From the human T2T-CHM13v2.0 reference genome, Homo sapiens: 64,000 nucleotides of DNA. The stretch is from assembly GCF_009914755.1 (NCBI RefSeq), contig NC_060940.1; one strand, written 5' to 3'. The position numbers were made by a program, and so were the translations under genes. The first letter of the stretch is position 1. Each line of letters starts with the position of its first letter. Shown piece after piece: positions 54,904 to 64,000 of this stretch. The notes under the pieces are model-generated. The model was not told where the DNA came from. It saw only the letters and a list, made by a program, of their open reading frames with translations, and ran no database searches.

Positions 54904-57900
54904 TGCCAATGGTGAAAAGCACAAATCCCATGAGAAAAACTAGAAAGAAGCCATCTGTGAAACTGCTGTGAGATCTGTGGAAGGGACATTTCAGAGCTTA
55001 TTGAGGACAATGGTGAAAATTGAATACCCCACAATAAAAACTAGAAAGAATATAACTGTGAAACCATTTTATGATATGTGCATTCATCTCACAGAGATAA
55101 AACTTTCTTTTGATTCAGCAGGTTGGAAACATTATTCTTGTGGAATCTACAAAGGGACATTTTGGAGCCTATTGAGGCAAAGGGTGAAAAACTGAATAGT
55201 TTGTGATAAAAAGAATTCAGCTATCTGAGAAACTGCTTTGCAATGTTTGGATTCATCTCACATAGTAAAAATTTTCTTTTGATTCAGCTGGTTGGAAACA
55301 CTCTTCTTGTGGAAGTTACAAAGGGACATTTCGGAGCTCATTAATGCAAGTGTTGAAACACTGAATACCTCATGATAAAAACAACAAAGAAGCTATCTGT
55401 GAACCACTTTGCAATGTGTGGATTCATCTCACAGAGGTAATCCTGTTCTTTGATTCAGTAGTTAAAAAACCTTTTCTGGTGAAATCTACACGGGGTCATT
55501 TCAATGCTATTGAGGCCAATGTTGATAAACTGAATATCCCACGATAAAAACTAGATAAAAGCTACCTGTGAAACTGCTTTACAACGCATGAATCCATCTT
55601 ACAGAATTAATCCTTTTGTTGATTCAGAAGGTTGGAAATATTTTTTGTGGAACCTACGAAGGGACATTTAAGAGCCCATTGAGGCCAATGGAGAAAAACA
55701 GAATATCCTGCAATAAAAACTAGAAAGAAACTATCTGTGAAACTGCTTTGCAATGTGTGGATTCATCTCAGAGACCTGAACATTTATTTTGATTCAGCGA
55801 GTTTGAAACACCCATTTTGTGAAATCTATGAAGAGACTTTTCAAAGCCCATTGAGATCAATGGTTAAAAATTGAATATCCCATGAAAAAACTAGAAAGAA
55901 ACAATTGTTGAAGTCGTTTAGCAATGAGTCCATTCATCTCACAGAGTTAAACCTTTGTTTTCCTTCAGCAAGTTGGAAGCACTCTATTTTTGTAATCTAT
56001 GAAGGGAAATTTCCAAGCTCATTGAGGCCAATGGTGTAAAATTGAATATCCTAAGGTAAAAACTATAAAGAAGATATATGTGAAACTGCTTTGCAATGTG
56101 TGGATTCATCTCAAAGAGGTTAAAAAAATTTTATTCAGTAAGTTGGAAACACTCTTTTTGTGTAATCTATGAATGAACCTTCAGGAGCCCATTGAGGCAA
56201 ATAGTGAAAAACCAAATATCTCATAATAAAAGCTAGAGAGAAGCTATCTGTGAAATCGAATTTATATGTGTGGATTCATCTCAAAGAGATAAAACTTTCT
56301 TTTGATTCAGCAGGTTGGAAACACATATCTGTGGAATCTACAAAGGGACATTTTGGAGCCTACTGTGGCCAATGGTGAAAAGCTGAGTATCCCACCATAA
56401 AAATTAGAGAGGAGTGCTCTGTGAAACCGTTTTGTATTATTTGGATTCACCTTACAGAGTTATAACTTTCTTTCAATTCAGCATGTTGGAAACACTCGTT
56501 TTGTGAAATCTAGGTGGGAACTTTTCAGAGCTCATTGATGCCAATGTTGAAAAACAAAATATGTTGCAATAAAAACTACAAAGAAGCCATCTGTGAAACT
56601 GCTTTGAGATCCATGGATTCATCTTACAGAAGTAAAACTTTTTATTGATTCAGCAGTTGAAAACACTGTGTTTGTGGAATCTGCAAATGGACATTTTGGG
56701 GCACTCTGCAGCCAGTGGTGAATAAAAGAATATCCTGAGATAAAAACTAGAAAGAAAATATCCGTAAAATTGCATTGTGATGTGCTGATTCATCTAACAG
56801 AGATAAATCTTTGTTTTCATTCATCAAGTTGGGAACACTCTTTTTGCGGAATCTATGAAAGTATATTTTGAAGCCCATTGGGCCATGGGTGAAAAACTGA
56901 ATATCCAGTGATAAAAACTAGAAAGATGCTATTGGTGAAACTGCTTTGTGATGTGTGGATTTATCTCATAGAGTTATACTTTTTTTTTTATTCAGCAAGT
57001 TGGAAAGACTCTTCGTGTTGAATATACAAAGAAACATTACTGAGCCCACTGAGGCCAATTGTGGAAAACCAAAATATCTCATGATAAAATTAAGAAAGAA
57101 AGCTATCTGTGAAACTGATTTGCAATTTGTGGATACATTTCAAAGAGCTAAGTCTTTCTTTTGATTCAGCACGTTGAAAATACTCCTTTCTGGAATCTAT
57201 GAAAGTACATTTCACAGCTTATTGAGGCCAAAGATGAAAAACTGAATATCTTGTGTTAAAAATTTAAAAACTTGCTATCTGTGGAACTGCTTTCTGATGT
57301 GTGAATTTATCTCACAGAGTTAAAACTTTCTTCTGATTCAGGAGGTTCGAATCACTCACTTTTGGGATTTACAAAAAGACATTTGAAAGCCCATTGAAGC
57401 AAATAGTAAAAAGCCAATATCCCATGATAAAAAACTAGAAAGAAGTCATCTGTGAAACCACTTTTCAATGTGTGGATTCATCTCACAGAGTTAAACGTTT
57501 CTTTTGATTCAGCAGTTTGAAAATACTTTTTTTGTCTAATCTACGAAGGGACATTTTGGAACTTATTGATGCCAATGCTGAAAAACAAGATATCCCACAA
57601 TATAAACTAGAAATAAGCTCTCTGTGAAACCGCTTGTCAATGTTTGGATTCATCTAACAAAGTTAAACCTTTTCTTTGATTAAGCTTGTTGGAGACAATC
57701 TTTTTGTGGAATCTTCGAAGGAACATTTCAGAGCCCATTGAGACCAATGATGAAAAATTGAATACCCTGCAATAAAAACTAGAAAGAGCCTATCTGTGAA
57801 ACTACGTTTCCATGTGTGGATTCATCTCACAGAGTTAAAACATTTCTTTTGTTTCAGCAGGTTGCAAACACACTATTTGTGTAATCTACAAAGGGAAATT

Positions 57901-60900
57901 TCACAGTCCGTTGTGGCCAATGTTGAAAAATTGAATATCCCATTATAAAAACTAGAAAGAAGATATGTGTGAAACTGATTTGCTATGTGTGAATTCATCA
58001 CACAGAGTTAAACCTTTATTTTGATTCAGCAGGTTGGAAACACTCTTTTTGTAGAATCTATGAACGGACATTTTGGAGCATATTGAGGCCAATGGTGAAC
58101 AATTGAATATCCCCTGCTAAAACCCAGAAAGAATCTACCTGTGAAACCACTTTGCAATGCGTGGGTTAATCTCACAGAGTTAAACATTTCTTTTTATTCA
58201 TGGTTTGGAAAGACTTGTTTTATGAAATCTACAAAAAGACTTTTTGACCCCTTTGAGGCCAATGCTGAAAAACTAAATATCCTGCAGTAAAATCTAGAAA
58301 GCAACTATCTATGAAACTCCTTTGCAAAGCGTGGATTCATATCACAGAGTTAAACCTTTCTTTTGATTAAGTGGGTTCAAAACACTTGTATAGTAGAATC
58401 TAGCAAGGGACACTTCAGAGCCCATTAAAGCCAATAGTGTAAAAGAGAGTACCCTGCTATAAAAAATAAAAGAAGCCATCTGTGAAATCACCTCACAGAG
58501 TTGGATTTATCTCACAAATTTAAACTTTTGTCTTGATTAAACAGGATGGAAACAGTTTATTTGAGGAATCTAAGAAGGGGATTTTCGAATCCCATTGAGG
58601 ACAATGGTGAAAAACACAATATCCAGCAATAAAAATTAGAGAGTATTCTCTGTGAAACTGCTTTGTGATGTGTGAATTTATCTCACTGAAGCAAACCTGT
58701 CTTTTGATTCAGCAGGTTGGAAACACTCTTTTTGTGGTATCTGACAAGGGACATTTCAGAGCCATTTCAGTGCCATTGCTGAAACACCTAATATCTCATG
58801 TTAAAAACTAGAAAGAAGCTATCCGAGAAACAGTTTTGGGATATGTGGATTCATCTCACAGAGTTAAATTTTTTCTTTCATGCAGCAGGTTTGAAACACT
58901 GTTTTTGTGAAATCTATGAAGAGACATTATGGAGCCCATTGACAACAATGCTGATAAACAGAATCACCCACGATAAAAACTAGAAAGAAGCTACATATGT
59001 AATTGCTTTGTGGTGTGTGTATTTATTTCAGAGAGTTAAAACTTTCTTTTGATTCAGCAGTTGGAAACACTCTTTTTGTGGAATATACAAAATGACATTT
59101 TGGAGGCCATTGAGACCAATGTGAAAAACCAAATATCCCGTGATATAACCTAGAAAAATGCTCTATGTGAAACTGCTTTTTGAGGTCTGCAATCATCTCA
59201 AAAAGTTGAACATTACTATTGATTCAGAAGGTTTTTGTTGAACCTACAAAGGGACATTTCAGAGCCCATTCAAGCCCATGGTGAAAAAAACAAATATCCC
59301 ACCATAAAAACTAGAAAGAAGCTCTGATTGAAATCACTTTGTGATATGTGGATTCATCTCAGAATTATGCATTTCCTTGGATTCAGCAGGTTGGAAACTG
59401 CATTTTGTGGGACTTAGGAAGGGACTTTTTGGGGCCCATTGACACCAATGGTGAAAAACACAATATCCCATGATAAAACTATAAAGAAGCCATATGTGAA
59501 ATCGCTTAGCAACGTGTGGAATCATCTCACAAAGTTAACCTTTCTTTTGATTCAGCAGATTGGAAACACTCGTTTTGTGGAATGTGTGAAGGGACATTTG
59601 AGAGCTCATTGCTGCTAAAGGTGAAAAAATATTCAGTGATAAAGACTAGATAGAGTCAATCTGTGAAACTGCTTTGAGATGTGTGGATTCTTCTCACAGA
59701 ATTAAAACTTTCTTTTGATTCCGCAGGTGGGAAATATTTTTTTGTGAAATCTAGAAATGAAAATTTTGGAGCCCAATGCAGCCCATGCTGAAAAGCAAAA
59801 TATCACACAATACAAATTAGAAAGAAGCTCTCTGTGAATCCACTTTGTGTTGTACAAATACATCTTACAAAGTTAAACTTTTTTTAATTCAGAAGTTGGA
59901 AACTCTTTCTTTGTGGCACCTATGAAGAGATATTTCAGAGTCTGTTGAGGAAAATGGGGAAAAACAGAATATCCTGTGACAAAAATTAGAGTGAAACTAT
60001 CTGTGAAACTCCTTTGTGATGTGTGGATTCATCTCACAGAGTTGAATATTTATTTTGATTCAGTAGATTGGAAGCACTCTTTTGTGGAATCTACAAAGGA
60101 ACATTTCAGAGCACATTGAGCTCAATGGTGAAAAACAAAATATCCCACCATAACAACTAGAAAGGCCCTCTCTGTGAAACCTGTTTGTGATATGTGGATT
60201 CATCTCACAGAGTTATACCTTTCTTTGGATGCAGCAGGTTGGAAATACTCATTTTGTGGAATCTAGGAAGGGACATTTTGAGGCTCACTGTTGCCAATTG
60301 TGAAAAACACAATATCCCATGATAAAGATTAGAAAAAAGCCATCTGTGAAACAGCTTTGCAACATATGGATTCATCTCACAGAGTTAAACCTTTTTATTG
60401 ATTCAGTAGTTGAAAATTCTTATGTCTGTGGAATCTACAAAGGAACATTTAGGAGCCCTTTGAAGCCAATGGTAAAAAAATAAATATCCCATGACAAAAA
60501 CTAGAAAGAAGGTATCTGTGACCTTGTTTGTGATGTATGAATTCATGTCACAGAGTTCAACCTTTCTTTTGTTTCATCAGGTTGGAAACACTCTTTTTGT
60601 GGAATCTATGAAATTATATTTCTAAGCCCATTGGGCCAATGGTGAAAAACCAAATATGTTGCAATAAAAACTAGAATGATGCTATTGGTGAAACCGTTTT
60701 GCCATGTGTGGATTTATCTCACAGAGTTAAACATTTTCTTTGATGCAGCAGGTTTGAAACACTGTTTTTATGAAATATATGAAGAGACATTTTGGAGCCC
60801 ATTGAGGCCATTGCTGGTAAACCAAATATCCCGTGGTAAAACCTAGAAAGAAGCTATATGTGAAGCTGCTTTGTGGAGTGTGGATTCATTTCAGAGATTT

Positions 60901-63168
60901 AAACCTTTCCTTTTATCAGCAGGATGAAAGCAGGTTTTTGTGGAATCTATGAAGGGGATTTTAAGATCCCATTGATGACAAAGGTGAAAAACAAAATATC
61001 CCATAATAAAAATTAGAAGAATCCTCTCTGTGAAATTGCTTTGCGATGTGTGGAATCATCTCAAAGGGTTGAACACTGCTATTCATTCAGCAGGTCTTTG
61101 TGGAACCTACAAAGGGACATTTCAGAGCCCATTGAGGCCAATAGTGAAAAACCAAATATCCCACCATAAAAACTAGAAAGAAGCTCTCAGTGAAACTGCT
61201 TTGCAATATGTGGATGCATCCCACCGAGTTATGCCTTTCTTTGGATTCAGCAGGTTGAAAACTCGTTTTGTGGAATTTAGAAAGGGACATTTCAGAGCCC
61301 ATTGATGCCAATGATGAAAAACACAATATCCCATGATAAAACTAGAAAGAAGCCATCTGTGAAATCGCTTAGCAACGTGTGGAATCATCTCACAAAGTTA
61401 ACCTTTCTTTTGATTTAGCAGGTTGGAAACACTCGTTTTTTGGAATATACAAAGGGACATTTGAGAGCCCGTTGCAGGTAAAAGTGAAAAAAAAATTCTG
61501 TGATAGTGACTAGATAGAAGCAGTCTGTGAAACTGCTTTGTGAAGTGTGGATTCCTCTCACAGAGTTAAAATTTTCTTTTGATATAACAGATGGAAAGCA
61601 CTTTTTTGTAAAATCTAGATAGAAAAATTTTGCAGCCCAATATGGCCCATGTTGAAAAATGAAATATCACACAATAAAAATTAGAAAGAAGTTTCTCTGT
61701 GAATCCGTTTTGCAATGTGTGGATTCATTTCAGACAGTTAAACCTTTCTTCTGATTCAGCAGGTTGGAAACACTCTTTTTGTGGAATATACAAAAGGACA
61801 TTTCAGAGCCCATTAAGACCAATGAGGAAAAACAGAATATCCTGTGACAAAAATTAGAGTGAAACTATCTGTGAAACTCCTTTGTGATGTGTGGATTCAT
61901 CTCACAGAGTGGAATATTTATTTTGATTCAGCAGATTGGAAGCACTCTTTTTGTGGAATCTACAAAGGGACATTTCAGAGCCCATTGAGCCCAATGGTGA
62001 AAAACCAAATATCCCGCCATAACAACAAGAAAGGACCTCTCTGTGAAACCTCTTTGTGACATGTGGATTCATCTCACAGAGTTACACTTTTCTTTGGATT
62101 CAGCAAGTTGGAAACACTCATTTTGTGGAATCTAGGAAGGGACATTTCGAGACTCACTGTTGCCAATGGTGTAAAACACAATAACCCACAATAAAAACTA
62201 GAAAAAAGCCATCTGTGAAACAGCATTGCAATATGTGGATACATCTCACAGAATTAAACCTGTTTATTGATTCAGCAGTTGAAAACTCTTGTGTTTGTGA
62301 AATCTATGAAGAAACGTTTTGGAGCCCTTCGAGGCCAATGGTAAAAAAAATGAATATTCCATGATAAAAACTAGAAAGAATGTGCTTGTGAATTTGCTTT
62401 GTGATGCGTAGATCCATCTCACCGAGTTCAAACTTTCTTTCGATTCATCAGGTTGGAAACACTCTTTTTGTAGAATCTGAAATTACAGTTCTAAGCCCAT
62501 TGAGGCCAATGGTGAAAAACCGAATATCTCATGATAAAAACTAAAAAGATAATATTGGTGAGACCATTTTTCTATGTGAGGATTCATCTCACAGAGTTAT
62601 ACCATTCTTTTGAATCAGCAGGTTGGAAACACTTTTTTGTTGAATATTCAAAGGGACATTTCAGAGCCCATTGAGTCCAGTGGTGAAAAACCAATTATCG
62701 TGATATAAAAAGAAAGAAGCTATCTGTGAAACTGATTTGCAATGCATGGATTCACCTCAAATAGTTAAACCTTTCTTTAGATTTAGCAGATTGCGAACAC
62801 CCCTCATTTAGAATCTACAAAAGGACATTTCTGAGCTAATTTAGGGCAATGTTAAAAATCTGAATATCCCACATTAAAATTTAGAAAGAAGCTATCTGTG
62901 AAAGCGCTTCATGATGTGTGAATTCAACTCACAGTGTTAAACTTTGTTTTGATTCAGCAGGTTGGAAACACTTGCTTTGTGAAATTTACAAAGGGACATT
63001 TCAAAGCCCATTGAGGCCAATAGTGAAAAATCCAATATCCCGAGATAAAATCTAGAAAGAAGCCATCTGTGAAACTGCTTTGGGATGTGTGGATTCATCT
63101 CACAGAGTTAAACATTTCTTTAGATTTAGCAGGTTGAAAATTTCTTTTTGGAATCTACAAAGGGACAA
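54854..63168 (+). repeat. Ancient, highly diverged monomeric alpha satellite
   Basis: Same class as 46191-48707; continuous across the L1PA4 TSD. Confidence 0.92.
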
Positions 63169-63773
63169 TGTTGGGATTCACTCAGCATGGTGGCAGAAAT
63201 ATTAAAGAGAAATATTAGGGAAAGTTGTAGGAAATAGTCACAAACATTTTGGAAGTCCGAAAAGTTACATAGCTTACAATAATTGAGCAGGCTGAAGGCA
63301 GCCGGTTCTTACTTTAGAGCATTAGGTAATACGTTAAATACTAGGGACAATAGAAGCTTCCCCAGTTAAATCTATTTATCCTACCTCCATTAACTAACCT
63401 TTCAGCCAGATAGCCCTCTTGAGAGGATGTCAACCAGGGATGTTGCCCCCTAATGGTATTTACTTTAGATCGTGGTACCTGAGCTTTAATCACTTGTAGA
63501 ACTACTCTCTTAACCATGTTAATGATACACAAATGTGTTGACTCAAAACTTTTGTTGTTAATTGCATATTAAATAAATGACTTGAGTGTGAGCTGCTCAG
63601 GGCTGGCCACTGTGAGAAACCTCTCTTGGTGTGCAGGTTGTCAGACACTCATCTGGACTGGCTAAACAGAATATCTGTGTGTCTTTGTACGTTTTATTCA
63701 CCTATCTTTTGAGTCAGGGTCTGTGGGAAGATCCTCACAATTAATGTTCTCAAGTGTGAAGAGCAACACCTCA
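63169..63773 (+). mobile_element. Solo ERV LTR, probably LTR22 family (HML-5), 605 bp
   Basis: TG...CA ends (TGTTGGGATTCACTCAG...GCAACACCTCA); AATAAA at 63572-63577; 6-bp TSD GGACAA (63163-63168)/GAACAA (63774-63779); removal restores the monomer. LTR status is well supported; the family call is from memory. Confidence 0.75.
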
Positions 63774-64000
63774 GAACAATTTGCAGCCCATTGATGCCAA
63801 TGCTGAAACACCAAATATCCCATGATAAAAGCTAGAAAGAAGTTCCCTGTGAAACCCCTTTATGATGTGTGGATTCATCTCCCAAAGTAAAACCTTTCCT
63901 TAAATTCAGCAGTTTGGAAACACTCTTTTCGTAAAATCTACAAAGACACATTTTGGAGCAAATTAAGGCCAATGGTGAAAAATTGAATATTTTATGATGA
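63774..64000 (+). repeat. Ancient alpha satellite, continued
   Basis: Monomer resumes after the LTR TSD. Confidence 0.88.

Overview
Primate (hominoid, most likely human or great ape) pericentromeric DNA with no host gene. About 75% is monomeric alpha satellite (~171-172 bp) in which I saw only A-type/pJalpha-box monomers and no CENP-B box. It forms layers that become more diverged from left to right, with three orientation switches. Inserted elements: a 5'-truncated L1PA3 (-), a near full-length 5'-inverted L1PA3 (+) carrying a solo LTR5_Hs/HERV-K LTR, a full-length L1PA4 (-), and an old solo LTR (probably LTR22/HML-5). Most striking: (i) two inverted L1s of different subfamilies share an indel-free 1,020-bp tract with only 2 mismatches (40505-41524 vs 52382-53401), implying gene conversion between the arms of an L1 inverted repeat; (ii) an 11.2-kb alpha-satellite inversion (17636-28876) whose breakpoints restore monomer register when re-inverted; (iii) a TSD-less L1 that joins two alpha layers of opposite orientation; (iv) relic multi-monomer duplications. 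Subfamily calls rest on diagnostic nucleotides recalled from consensus sequences and need RepeatMasker/Dfam confirmation. Alpha strand convention: '+' = ...CTTTCTGAGAAACTTCTTTGTGATG... on the top strand.
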